Shown here in pieces: positions 26,760-63,549 of a stretch of 64,000 nt of DNA (its first letter is position 1; the number at the start of each line of letters is the position of its first letter). The stretch is from the human T2T-CHM13v2.0 reference genome, Homo sapiens. Under the pieces are notes generated by a model. It had not been told where the DNA came from and did no database searches. It saw only the letters and a program-made list of their open reading frames with translations. Where the stretch lies: the NCBI RefSeq assembly GCF_009914755.1, contig NC_060925.1; one strand, written 5' to 3'. The translations under genes and the position numbers were made by a program.

Positions 26760-27306
26760 TCATTTTGAGGTCTGTATGTTGCTTAACTAAAAGGCGGAGA
26801 AGAGGGTCAACTGTTCTGTACCTGACAGGGTGATCAGCTAGGATTGCCAGAAGGAAAATAAGTTCCTGCTACACAATGTGGGGAGGGCAGAAGACAATGA
26901 CAGAAAAGAGGGGATTCACCAGGTGCCTCAGTCCCCCCAGTCCCCCTTCCAGTATTGACAGTGAAGGGGAAATGTGACAATCCAACAAACATAAGACCAG
27001 AAGAGGCTGCATTGCACAGGAGTAAAGGTTTAGGACACCCCACCTATAAAAACCCCAGTCAGCCACAGTGCTGGCACATGGTTAGAGGAAAGTGGGGGTG
27101 GAGGAAGGATGCTGTGATTGCTAACTTGGGCCTGGTGACCAGCTGCCAAAGTGGGGGCTGTAGCAATTTTCTGTTATTTGCATGCCCCGTTGTCTTATTT
27201 AAAGAGGCCGGTTGCATGGTGGCTCACGCCTGTAATCCCAGCACTTTGGGAGGCCGAGGCGGGCAGATCACGAGGTCAGGAGATCGAGATCATCCTAACA
27301 CAGCTA

Positions 27307-27609
<303 letters not shown>

Positions 27610-28187
27610 TCACATAACATAAAACTAACCATTTTAAAGCAAACACTTCAGTGGTATCTAGTACATTCACAATGTTGTACAATCATCACCACAACCTATT
27701 TCCCAAACTTTTTCATCATCCCAAACAGAAATTCTGCAACCATTAAGCAATAGGGACATGAGTTTTTCACCCAAAGGACAAGAGTGGGTGCTGAGGGGTA
27801 AAAGGAATAGCCCTGCTTGGATCTCCTGTTTCCCTTCCACATCCACACTCCCCATTCGATGAAGGGCTGACCTACTCTGGCTGCCTTCTCTTCAGGCTTT
27901 CAGTTGGGACTCGCCAGTGGGAGGCACCATCAGGATGAAAGCTGTCCACCCCCAACCTCCCCGGCTCCCTCTCTGGCAGGGGGTGTTCTAAGCATGGCCA
28001 CAGTTCTAGCTGGGCAGTCCCCTCCCATGATGAGAGCTCCCTCCTCTTGCCCTTTCAGGTCTATGGGTTGTAATGGCTTCCTGTAGTGTGAGCCCTGCTG
28101 GGTCCCATCCCTGGTAGGTTCCCACAACCCCGCCCACATCTCTAATTAATCCCTTAGTGGAAGGCTCTTGGTACCCCTTTAAATACA

Positions 28188-29357
<1,170 letters not shown>

Positions 29358-29550
29358 ACATCCATTTCCTGCTAGGGAACCGATGGATACAGGAATAATC
29401 CTTTGATAATAACCCTGTAATCCTCTTGGCACTAACCGCTTCAGATTTTGTGAGTTAAACCAGCTCCACACTCAGGTCCCAGACTGGGCAAAGGAGATGC
29501 TTTCCTGGACAGCCCAGGTTCGAAGGGTGCCAGGGGTGCGCGCCAAGGCC

Positions 29551-29569
29551 CCACTGCCCTCTGGTGGTT
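29551..29569 (-). promoter_or_regulatory. CTCF motif (AACCACCAGAGGGCAGTGG)
   Basis: Perfect match to the CCASYAGRKGGCRS core; occupancy is not shown by sequence. Confidence 0.6.
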
Positions 29570-29624
29570 GGATCCAGGAAATGCACCTCAGGGCTCCAAC
29601 CTCTGCTGAACCGAGCCCATTAGG

Positions 29625-30209
<585 letters not shown>

Positions 30210-30789
30210 CACACCTGAGCTTATCTCATGCAGGGGTCACTGTCCCCACTTTACAGGTGAGAACTTGAGGGCTTCAGTGACTTCCCACTGCCCTTTTGGT
30301 CTTCCCACGGTTAAGAGCAAAATCTTAACCATGGAGCACGCGGCCCCATCCTTGCCTCCCCTGTCACTCTGACCCAGCCACCCGGCCTTTTCTCAGGTCC
30401 CAGTGTTCGTGGGCACAGCTCCCAGTTACAATGTTTGGGAACTTTCTGGGTCCTTTTCCACCCGGAAGCCTTGGCTCCTTCTTCAGTCCCCTCCTGGGAT
30501 CTCACTCACTCGGGACTCAGGAGGGTCCTCCTCGCCGTCCCTCCCTCCCCTCTGCCTCTTTTTCACCTCTTGCACAAACACTGGGCACTTAGTGCCGCTC
30601 TCCCCCGCGGGGCAGGGCACGTCCTGCTTAGCTCATTGTGGTATCTCAGTGCCTGGCATGTGGGAACAACCACCCCAGCAGCTGACAGCCATGAAGTGTT
30701 TCTGTGCCAGCCTTTGAACTAAGTACTTCACGCCCTCAGGCCACCCTCCCTCCTAAAGACCCTCGTCCCCAGAAAGCAGCCCTTGACTC

Positions 30790-32285
30790 TATTAAAAACT
30801 CACATTGATTTATTAGAATATGAAAAAGATTCAGTTTCTTCTGTACAGGCAGCAGAGTGGCAGCAGCTGCGGTGGCTTGGTACGTGGTTGTCGATGTCAC
30901 CCTTGCATGGTGACTCCTGCCCAAACAGCACTTGCATGGAGAGGAGGATGGACAGATGGGCCGAGGACCCATGGCCCAGTCCCCTGCAAAAAGGGACACT
31001 CTGACTATTGCACAATCCTGGGGGAGTGCCCCAGGGACAAGGGGAAGGAGTGTGTGTGGGCAAAGGTCTCTGGGGGCCCAGGATTCTGCCCAATCCACCA
31101 GCCCCAGGGGACAGGGGATCCTCAGGGGAGGCCTTCTCCCCCCCACCGCCTCCACAATGGGCTCCACAGCAGGCAGGGTGTGGTACACACAAGGGAAAGG
31201 TTCCAGGGGCCAAACCCAGGGTGGGGGAAGTAAGAGCAGGCCAGCAGGACTGGAGGTCAGGCCCAAGAGCTAGGCAGGTGCCAAGAGGCCAGCATCTGTG
31301 AGGCTGGAGAGACTCTTGATTAGGAGTGGGAGTTACTTCTGATGTCACAGTCTTCGAGCAACAGTTAAGAGCCCAGCAGGCAGAGAGACGTGGGGGAGGG
31401 GTTGGACAGACAGGCACAGATGAGGAAGGGTAATTCTGGAGTGTGAGGAGGGAGTTAGAGGCAGAGCACTGTTCAGCCAGGGGTTTTCAAAATGTTTTAA
31501 AAACAGGAGCGCCCTCTGTGCAAACAATCATATATAGGAGTGTGAACAAACAAAACTTAAAAAGGCAGCACATTCTGGAGCCACGGCCAGTCCTTCCCCT
31601 AGCAGCTTCCCCTGAGGGGCCCAGTGGTCCCCGTGGGAGCACAGTTCGAAAAGCTCTGAGTCACGTCACTGTCACCGTAGAAACCACCCCTGCTCCAGGC
31701 AGAGACGCTCAGAGATGCCCTCAGCCCGCAGCTCTGAGTAAGGACAGGTTGGGTGGTGGCCAGGGTGACAGAGCTGGCAGGAGGAGTGTGAGACCTTGGT
31801 GGGTCAGCAGTCCCTCCCCCAGCCATGTGCCTGGTACCCCTGGTTTGTCCCCTGATAAAGCAGGGCCTACTCAAGGGAGGCCTCAGCTCCCTCCCTTCCT
31901 GGGTGGGACCACAGCTGAGCCAGAGACTCTTTGGTTAGAAACTAAGATTGGTCTGAATGAGGAGGAGGATGAGGCAGAGGGAGGAGCCTCCGAGGCCCTA
32001 GTCCAGGTCCGGGAGAAGCCTGGATCTAGGGAGGGGCAGGGCCGGCCTCACCAGCCCCAGCAGTTCTGCCAAATGGATTGGGGAGGCAGCTCTGGTGGGG
32101 AGGATGCTTCCCGGGAGGCGGCAGGGGAGGAGCTGTGCTGGGGTGGGGGCTGTGGGCCCAGCTGCCATGCGGTAGGGGGAGGGGCAGGGCCAATCCGGGT
32201 CAGGAAGGGCAAGGGGAGCCCCCAGCAGCCCCTGCTCTGGTGGAAGAGTCTGTGAGGGGACAGGCGCTGCCTGCTGGCCCTGGCG
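30790..32285 (-). other. SLC9A1: SLC9A1 3' UTR (~1.5 kb)
   Basis: Repeat-free sequence between the stop codon and the downstream AATAAA; the cleavage site is estimated ~15-25 nt past the hexamer. Confidence 0.85.
30809..30814 (-). terminator. SLC9A1 polyadenylation signal AATAAA
   Basis: Plus-strand tttatt at 30809-30814; a UGUA (CFIm-type) motif lies ~30 nt upstream on the minus strand (tgtaca, 30842-30847). Confidence 0.85.
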
Positions 32286-32717
<432 letters not shown>

Positions 32718-33014
32718 TCATGAGCACAGCCGTCCCGGTCCCAACAGGCCTCAGAAGCAGGCCTCTGCGACCTTCCACCCCACAGCTTCTCTTCCTCAGA
32801 CTGTGGCCCTCTCCTTTGACAGGGGCTCCCAGAGGTGTCCCTCCACAGGCCAAGGCCTGGGGCTCCTCCCTGAGTCAGTCTGCCCTGGGGCCCTGCCCTC
32901 ACGTTCCCCACACGTGTTGGGGGTCTCGATGGGGCAGATACCCTGCCTTCCTGCCAGGCACCGTGGCTCTCCCAGCTCCCCACACAGTCCTCGCCCGGAA
33001 CGTCTCTCTCCCTA

Positions 33015-33404
<390 letters not shown>

Positions 33405-33703
33405 TCAGGAGCTCCTAAGGGCTCATCCCAGGCTCCTGTCACAGCCTCCCTGAATACACCTACACTGCTCAGCCTTAAATCCACCCATTCCTCTGTCCCC
33501 TGCCACTGCCCTAACCCAGGCCATGCCCCACAACCCCACGCCAATCCCTTGCTTAGAACTCATGGCTCTCCATGCCCTTACACTGCTAAAAGCCCCTCGA
33601 AAGCCAAACCCTGTTCCTAGAATGGGTACATTTCCTTAGAGGCTGTGGCGGAGCTTGGGCGAGTGGGGTGGGATACAGATTCCCAGAGGAAGGCAGAGGC
33701 TAC

Positions 33704-33805
33704 CTTCTGCTCCAGCTGCCGGGCCTTCTGCCTCCGGAGCAGCATCTGGTTCCAGGCTTCCTCGTAGGGGTCTGCCACCAGCGTGTGTCTGTTGTAGGAC
33801 CGCAG
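33704..33805 (-). CDS. SLC9A1: SLC9A1 exon 10 (102 nt; calmodulin-binding region)
   Basis: ccgcag|CTGCGG ... CAGAAG|gtagcc; encodes [34 protein letters not shown]. Confidence 0.98.
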
Positions 33806-33856
33806 CTGCGGGAGGGACAGCGTCAGGGCAGTGCGGGCCCCGGAAGGCTCTGCTCA

Positions 33857-34129
<273 letters not shown>

Positions 34130-34362
34130 TTAGGTCCCCAAGATTCTTGGGATCCTGGTGCCTCCCAGGTTTGGCCAGAAGGAAGTCACCCTAGGGATGA
34201 CCCAGGTGGGCGCCAAAGCCTCAGGTCCTTGGTGCGAGCCCACAGCTCTCTTGTCCGCCCCAACAGGACAACAGAAGACCCCGCCCCCCAGGTGGCCACC
34301 TCCAACCGGGCTTGAGGGGCCGGTGTGTGGGAGCAGAAGCTGCCTGGTTGCCCCAGCACTCA

Positions 34363-34647
<285 letters not shown>

Positions 34648-34650
34648 CTA

Positions 34651-34770
<120 letters not shown>

Positions 34771-34946
34771 CTACCAAGACCTCTGACTAGCCCCACTCCC
34801 TCCCGTAGCTGCAGCCCTGCTGGGTCCAGCCCTGTGGTTCCATGAGCAGCCAGGAGGTGGCGCCCACACTCCACTCATCGAACCCAGCGGCCCTGACTCT
34901 GGGTATCTCGAAGCCTTGCCTGTGTCCGGCTGAGCCCCCTTCTCTA

Positions 34947-35309
<363 letters not shown>

Positions 35310-35971
35310 TCAGGCACTCCAGTTCTGCTACCCAGGCAGGGAGGCCACAGAGCCTCCCTCCCTCACCCCAGGCCCCCAAGGCTAGGATGCCCTCTCTGCT
35401 CTGCTCTCTCCCAGGACCCAAGGGTGTGAGAACTCTCCCACCTCCCAGCACTTATCTAAAGACAGGTCCTTAAGGCCTGCTTCTTCCTGGAGACACGGTC
35501 AGAGGTTTCACTGCCAAATGACCCCCACACTGGTCATCTGGCCTGGGCCAGGCAGCAGACAGCCTGGGTTCAGATGTGGACTGCACCACAGACTTGCTCT
35601 GCAACCCCATGGAAGTCAGGCCCCACACACAGGGAAAACTACCTCTGCACTGCCTCCCCACCAGGACTGTGAGGAGGACCGAGTAATAACAGCAGCAGCA
35701 GATGGAACTGCACACCTGCCATGTGACCAACACACGTGCTTGGAAGTGTTCTAGCATCAATCAGCTCTCCAATATCCGCAACACTAAGAGGGAGGTCCTT
35801 CCATTGTCTCTATTTAACAGATGCAGAAACTGAGGCTCAGAGAGGATAAGCAGCTTTCTAAGATCCCAGAGAAGCAGTAAAGCCATGATTTAAACCCAGG
35901 CAGGCTGGCTCTGGAGGGAGGCCCCCTCCCCAATGTTGCCTTCAATGAAAATGGGCTTGGAAAATCATTAG

Positions 35972-37575
<1,604 letters not shown>

Positions 37576-37671
37576 CAGTACCCACTTCTCTTAATGCTCT
37601 ATGAGTTCCAAATTAAGTTGGGCAGCATTCTGGTTCCTTTACATTCTGATCAGTCACTCTGCAATGACTCA

Positions 37672-38133
<462 letters not shown>

Positions 38134-39039
38134 TCAGTGATTTCTCTGTGCATCCAGGAAGTCTCCATTACGAAGCCCACCCCGCTCACTCAATTCCTGG
38201 GTCCCTCAGCCCAGAGTGCTCTGAACTCCTCAGTCCAAGAGCTGGGTGGATCCTTAAAGGACTTCCCCAACCTGGATGTGCTTTAGAGACATCATGGAGG
38301 CCTCCAGTGGCTGGAGGGCTGGGGGCAGGAAGAGGGAGAAAAGATCAAACAAGATGGGTCACAGGTCAATACTTGTTAAATGTGATGGGTGTGTGGGGGG
38401 TCATGATCCTATTCTCTCTACTTTTCTAAGTACTTGAAATTTTCCATAATAAAGCATAAAAAATGCAGAGGGCTGGGCCCAACCTCCACCCACAGAACCA
38501 GAATCCCTGGAGGATGAGGCTCAGGAATAAAGGGGATTTCAAAAGTGCACCAAATAAATGTGAGGTCCTGCCAGGCTTGGGGACATGGACCTAACCCTCA
38601 GAGAGGAAGTGAGAGATCCAGGGAGGAGGCGACTGAGGCACTGGGGTGAGGCATGTGGGGCACATGTGAGTGGAACCCATGCACCTGGGGCCTGGTCCCC
38701 ACGTGTGCCCCGGCCTGCTGCATAGGTTTGGAGGACTGCACGTGGCTCTGCATGCGATTCGGCACATGCTCACGTCACCTGTCTTGAGACAGTGCAGAGA
38801 GCACTCAGCTCAGAGTCACAGACCTGGGTTCTGTGGGCCTCAGGCCCCTCATCAGGACAGCCACAGCCACAGGCTCAGAGTCTCAGGGCCCCCTCACTTT
38901 GACACAGCCTGACTCTGTCCCCAGAGACCACAGCCTTGCTGTGACACAGGCTTCTCCCTGCTGAAGGGCCCATCATGGAAATGGGAAGTCCCTCCTGTCT
39001 AGCTGTGCTGGGAGCAGGCAGGAGCCAACCAGGAAACCT

Positions 39040-41189
<2,150 letters not shown>

Positions 41190-41219
41190 TCAACCCTATA
41201 GACACGGTGTATTCCTCCA

Positions 41220-41838
41220 TTTTTTTTTTTTTTTTTTTTTTTGAGACGAGTCTCACTCTGTCACCCAGGCTGGAGAGCAGTGGCGCGATCTTGGCTCACT
41301 GCAACCTCCGCCTCCCGGGTTCAAGCAATTCTCTGCCTCAGCCTCCCGAGTGGCTGGGAATACAGGTGCCCGCCACCACGCCTGGCTAATTTTTTTGTAT
41401 TTTTAGTAGAGACGGGGTTTCACCATCTTGGCCAGGCTGGTCTTGAACTCCTGACCTTGTAATCCACCCGCCTTGGCCTCCCAAAGTGCTGGGATTACAG
41501 GCGTGAGCCACCATGCCCGGCCCTATTCCTCCATTTTTAAAATGAGTGATCTTGGCTGGGCACGGTGGCTCACGCCTGTAATCCCAGCACTTTGGGAGGC
41601 CGACAAAGGCGGATCACTTGAGGCCAGGTATTCGAGACCAGCTTGGCCAATGTAGTGAAATGCAGTCTCTTCTAAAAATACAAAAATTAGCCAGGTGTGG
41701 TGGTGGGCACCTGTAATCCCACCTAATTGAGAGGTTGAAGTGGGAGAATCTCGAACTCAGAGGCTGCAATGAGCTGAGATCGTGCCACTGCATTCCAGCC
41801 TGGGTGACAAGAGTGGGACCCCGTCTCAAATAAAAAAA
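41220..41838. mobile_element. Head-to-head Alu pair in intron 3 (41220-41522 -, 41554-41838 +)
   Basis: Both TSDs visible; 31-nt spacer. Confidence 0.95.
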
Positions 41839-42683
41839 TGAGAGATCTGACTCTAAGAGAAATAGTCACCTCTCCCCTGTCACGCTGCCTGCAGGCAGCA
41901 AAGCCAAGACACACAAACCACAGTGTCCAACTCCAAAGCCTGCACCTTTGCCCCAAGGCCACACTGCCTCTTGACCCAATAGGAGTCAATGACACAGACC
42001 CATGGTCTCCTGGGTTCATTCCCCTCAAGCGTGGCATCTGCCATTACACAGGGGTCTCCACAGGGAGCTTTGTTCCAAGCAGCTGCTTGGAGCTCGGAGT
42101 CCTCCCAGCCCAGTGCTCACACCCGGGCTCTGCTCCTGGGAGCCAGGGGCTCTGAACCCCAGTTCTGCCTTGCTCGGCACTGGAACACCTTCACCCCTCA
42201 CTGCCTCCCCACATCCCATTCTCCCCATTTCCAGACCCGGTGGAGACCTCAGGACCGCCAGGACTCAGGCCTGGTGAGCCTCCTACTGGGGCTGCTGAGG
42301 GGACTCCCTTTGAGACAATGAAGTAGCAGGGCTGTGGCTTTCCTCAACCTGAAGCTTAGTGGCTTCCAAGGCTCTGCTCTCCTATACCCTGGGCTTGCCT
42401 TCATGCAGGTCATTCTTGCTTCATCTGCTCATAGCCTGAAATGCCCTCTCCCGATTCCTGGACCCCAGGGGGCGCTGCAGAAGTGCTCCTCTTCTAGGAA
42501 GCCACTGATGCCCTTGGCCATTTAAATGGCTACCAAGCAGGTCTGGAGCCTGGAGTTCATGTCTCATCCCTGGAGCTCAAGGCTGGGCCCTGGGAGCTCC
42601 GTGAACCTACGAGCCTGGGGAATCCAAGCTGGCAGCCCCCGCGCCCACCCCGCCAAGCCCACTGCCTGCTGCACGCAGACTCA

Positions 42684-43070
<387 letters not shown>

Positions 43071-44671
43071 CTAGTGCCAAGCAGGTGCTCAAAACCTCAG
43101 CCTGGGGCTGAGGGGCTTGCTCTGGGCCAGCCACGTGCCCCACTGGTGAAGGGTGGGCCCTGGGAAGCTCTGTGAAGACCCTGAAGCCAAACTGCCTGGA
43201 CTGGAATCCTGGCTCTGCCACTCCTGAGTTGTGTACAGGAAGCAAATTCATCTCCCTGTGTTTCAGTTTTCCTGTCTATAAAATGAGGATAATAATACCA
43301 AATCTTAGGACTGCTGTGAGGACTAAATCAGCGAATCAAGTGCTCGGAGCCTTACCTGATGCAGTGTTAGCCACATCTGGTGCTATCAAGTCTGCCTCTC
43401 ACTGCCTGACCTTGGGCACGTCATGCCCATCACTGGGTTTCAGTCCCTCCTTCAGCACAAAAAAGGGACGTTCACACAATGAACTAGAATGTCATTTCTT
43501 AACCTCTGGAGCTTTCTGAAAATACACATGTTCAGGCCATACTGGACTTGGACTCTCTGGGATAGGGCCAAGAAATCTCTATGTAACAAGCACCCCAGGG
43601 GTTGCAATGAACAGCCAAGTTCAGATGCTATGGAATTAGAGGCTAAGGCATCCCTGTCTCCTGGACTGGGAAATAGATGGTCATTGCAACACTACCATCA
43701 GATGTTTAAGTGGCACTTCATACACTGTAAAGCCCTTTGATAGTCTTTATCTGAGTCGACACTCAACAACCATGCGAGGCAGGTGGGTCAAGGATGCTCC
43801 TTTGCTAAACCGAGGCTCACAGTGGTAAAACAACACGCCAGGGGGCCCCCAGCCCAGGAGCAGAAGAACTGGGCCCAGAACTTGTTCCCTGACAGCCATG
43901 GCTGAGGCCTCCCCAGCAGGCTCAGCTTTGAGGATCTGCCCCTCCTATTGCTAGGTCCCTGAGCTGCCTGGCCTACTCAAGTCTGTCCTAGACAGCTCTG
44001 CCAGGAAGGAGCAGGGAGTTTCCAGGCCTGGGGGAAGGGAGGGAAGGACGTGAGGATCCATGACAGGGAACCCTCCAAAGCCCCCAGGACCTGGAGCAGG
44101 AGGAATGGACCGTGAGGAGTGACCTGTCTAGGGCACAGACCTGAGACCAGGCAGCTCAGGGTCAGCCTCTGGCTTTACTCTCTGGGAAATGGGGCACTCA
44201 CACCTATGCCAAGAGCTCCAGAAAGACCTGACTTGGGCCAGGCAGCAAGGGGAGATGCAGAGCACTGGCCAGGCCTGGTGCGGCCTGGCCCCAGCTGTCT
44301 GGGGGATAGGACAGGGCTCCAGCGGCAGACAGCCTCTTAGCAGGTGCGTACTCAGCCGTGGGCTAAACTCATTCCTGGCCTGAGGGGATTCATGGGTCCT
44401 CATGGTCTACCACATGGGCCCATGGAGTCGGCACAGAGGGGAAAGTCCTCCTTTCTGGCCTGGTGCTATTACCCCTGGAACTATAGAGAAACAGAGTAAC
44501 ACAGTGGTAAGCACTTGGGCTTTGGACTCAGACTACGGATTTGAACCTCAGCTATATCATATATCAGGCTTATGTAACCTCTCCGTTCCTCAGTTTCCTC
44601 ATCGCAAAAAAACTGGAATATAACTGTGTCAACCTCATGGAGTTACTGTATAGATTAAATGAGGCAACATA

Positions 44672-49548
<4,877 letters not shown>

Positions 49549-52194
49549 GTTCACACACTGAACACTATCCAGGCCCAGAATCCTGGCACAGTGCCAAGCA
49601 CCCTGAAGACACTCAAAACACATTGGGAAAAAAAGATGTCTCCATCCTAGGCCAAGAGGACCTCGAAGGCACCATGTGCATTCTCCTGATTTCAAAATAG
49701 ACATGACCAAAAGTCACTTTTTGTTCATCTACTTCCCACATCAATAAAAGGGAAAATAATTCCAAAATCACCCCTTTTGCTGAAAAGTCCCCCAGTCTTT
49801 GTACTGTCCACCAGTCAACATCCAGTGTGTAGCTGGCTGGTCCACTGGGAAGGGCTAGTCATGTTGGACCCAAGTCTCTCTTGCTGTAGAGGATAAAGCC
49901 CACATTTTCAGCACTGCCTCTGTCATCTGCTCTTGCCTCATGTCCCATTCTCCCCACTGTCAACTCTTAGGTTTCAGCCTTGCCAAATTCCTTGCAATTG
50001 CCCCATATGAGCCACATCCTCTTTTGCCTGCCAATCTTCACCTAGTCTAGTTCCTCTCTCTAGAAATCATTCCTCTACCTCTACCCCCACCATATGTGGC
50101 TGACACCATATCCTCTGCCTGCCTCCTCCTTCAGGAAGCATTCCCTGACCACCACCTGTCTGCTCAGGTTAGGGCAGGAATCTTCTGGTGCTTCCCTCTC
50201 TCATAACCTTCAATCCACAGTCATCTCCCAGGTTCCTCTCTCTCTTCCTGGCACCCACCGAGATCAGTCAGACAACCCAGGCAGAAGCAGCTGAGACAAG
50301 ACAATGGCATCAGACCCCAAAGACCTGCAGTGTGCTGGAGGGGAGACAGGCACAGCGCAGCGGAGATAAGCAGGATGAAGATTTAGGGGAGCAGAGCTCC
50401 TACAGGCAGGGGCCAGAAAGCACCTTCCCAAGGCCGGAAGTCCAGCTCCAGCCAGCTGCATGCTGACCCCCCTCCACAGCCTCCCTGCCCCTGTCCTGGC
50501 GTTAGCACCAAGAGCTGCCTTAAGAGAAGGCAGAGTCTAAAGAGATAGTCCAGGGTAGGCAGATGATGGCTTCCACCTCCACCTAAGGGGTCGGGCTCTA
50601 AAAATGCCTCCTACCCTCACTCTGTGCCATCAACCCAATCCACAGAGCTTTCCTGGCCCCATAAATCGCCAGACAGTGCCTGGGAGACCCAGAGAAGAGT
50701 TGGCCACAGCTCCTGCCTGGGGAGGGGGCAGGCATGTGAAACAAGCCAAGAACAGCAACATGAAGACGGCTCCTCAGGTCTGAGGGCGTCCCATGAGCCA
50801 GAACTGTGCTGGGAGCCTGGCACGCACCATCTCATTCAGTCCTCACCACAGCCCTTGGGATAGGTATTGCCTCCATTTTGCAGAAGACAAAGCTGAGGCT
50901 CAGCAAGGTTATGCCACTCCCCTAGTGTCTAAGGGAGGACCTCTATTCTAGCTTAGGTGTCTCAAACCGGTAGCAGAGAGCGCTAATTAATTCTTTAGTC
51001 AAAGCTCGGTATTTTCTCTGAGCCAGGCCATATGGGACACTGGGAACATTGAGGTGACTCAGACTCTGAACCTCCGTGAGCAGCTGATGGGGAGGGCCAT
51101 GCTATTCCAGCCCTTGGAGCTTCTATGACCAGGTGAACAGAGAGCTGGCATTCCTATTGAACACAAGAAAAACGAGCTCTGAGAGGAGGCTGCATGCACT
51201 CAGCCAGGCCAACCAGGACTGGGTCCCGGGCCTCCTGACTACAGCACAGCGACCTCCTTCTCCTTCAGCCAGCTCCAGAGTACCTGGGGCTGGAGCCATG
51301 TTCCTGGAGCTGGTTTCCCTGGCTTTCCTGTTTTGTCTCTGGCGCTCAGTGAGCTGAAGGAGCTCTAGGCCCTGATGGGCTCTCTGGGCCTGAGGGGAGG
51401 GCCGGGCCGGGCCAGGCTGAGGAGAAAGGTCTGAGATCCACTTTTGGCTCCCTGCCTGTGGGTAGGTGGCACATTATTGGAAAGCACTTCTAGGGCTGGG
51501 GGAGGAAGGGATTCTGTCATCAAGAGGAGGCTCCTTCAGGAGCAACGGCTCAGGGAAGTGGGAAGCAGCCCCTGGACCTGCGCTGGCTTGTCCCTCTCCT
51601 AACGCCCTGACTCCACCAACTGCGCTCACTCTGCATCCCTGCAGAGTCCCCACAAAGAGCAGGATGCTTGCTGACACCCCGTGTGGTGAAAGGGGCACAG
51701 AAGGATGGCTGCGGCCCCTGGTACCCTGACAAAAGCCCTGCATGGAGGCAAGATCCCAGGATGCCAAGAGATGAGGCAAAACTTTCAGGGCCCAAACATG
51801 CAGCAGCAGTGATGTCACCAGGGTGAAATCAGGGATGGGAAGAGGCAGTTAGAGTAAGAACCAGAGTCGTAAGAGCTGGAATGGATCTTGGAGAGCATCT
51901 AAATTCTCCATTATATAGTCAGGGAAATGGAGACAGAGACAGCCAGCGACCTGTCAATGATCACATGTCCAGTTCTACCCCAGCAGTCTGTGACACTCCA
52001 AGCCACACAGCCTTCTTCGAGGACGTCCAGTCCTCCCAGAACAAGGAGGCACGAAAGTGTGGAATTCGACATCTCCAAGCACAGCCACAGGCCAAACCCT
52101 CTGACACAGTTCAGAGTTGGCTCTCCTTTTAGAAGAGGCTGGGGGATGGGAGAAGTGTTTTTCATTCTATCTAGTGTAGGTGGTAGCTGGAACG

Positions 52195-52195
<1 letters not shown>

Positions 52196-52235
<40 letters not shown>
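52196..52235. repeat. (CA)~20 microsatellite in intron 1
   Basis: Directly visible. Confidence 0.98.
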
Positions 52236-52238
<3 letters not shown>

Positions 52239-53149
52239 TGCTGAGCAGACACCTCACCAAACTTCCAATTGATGGAGGCTCCCAGCCCCCTGCGGCTGCT
52301 CTGCACCACAAGAATGTTTTATTTATATCTCCTCGGACGGTCCCCATCTGTTGAGACTGGCTCAGTGGAGCAGGCAAGGCTGTCCGACATCACCCTGGGT
52401 TGCCAGGGTGACCAGACATGCCTGATCCCCCTTCCCGCAACCCTCCTCTGGCCTGGGAAGTCAGAGGGGAGTGCTGGGAAGAGGGGTCTCTTTGGCCCAT
52501 AGTGCCAGGTCACCAGGGACCCAGGGGCACACTGAGGGCTCTGTCGCCCTACTTCCAGGCCTGAGGACTGCTCTGGGGCTGCAACTCGGCCAGGTCCCAA
52601 GGGATTCCTAGTTGCACAATGATTCCATTTCTTTAACTCCCTCTTCAACTGCCCCAGCAACCAGTCTCAACTGCAGCAATGAAAGGTAATACTTCCCAAT
52701 GAAAGCCCAGCACTCTACAGTTTACAGCGGCACACTCTTAACCCATTTGCTCTCCACCATAGTTCTGGGAAGTCACAATTACCATCCCCTTATTTTACAG
52801 ATGAGGAAACTGAAGCACACAAAGGTTAAGCAACTTGATCAAAGTCACATGGCTGGTAACTGGGATTCAAACCCAGGTAGTCTGGCTCCAGAGTCTGTGT
52901 TCTTGGCCACTCACTGTATTATCCCTGGCTTTATTCTTACTTTGTTTCTAAGGGGCGTGTGAGCCTAGGACTAAAGAGGCCCAAAGCAGTTCCCAAAGGG
53001 CCAGCGGTAGGTTTTTCTTTCCATGAGCTCTTCTCCAGGAAGTCTCCCACTGCTTCTACTCTAGTGGCCTAGTAAAGACTTCATGAAATCCTTCCTATCT
53101 TCAAAGGCTGCCCTCTCCAGGAAGCTCTCCTAAGTTAACTCAGCCAGGA

Positions 53150-63549
<10,400 letters not shown>

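Noticed and set aside
31443-32255. 270-aa plus-strand ORF antisense to the 3' UTR
   Set aside because: Non-ATG start, GC-rich context and no recognisable domain or promoter; compatible with chance.
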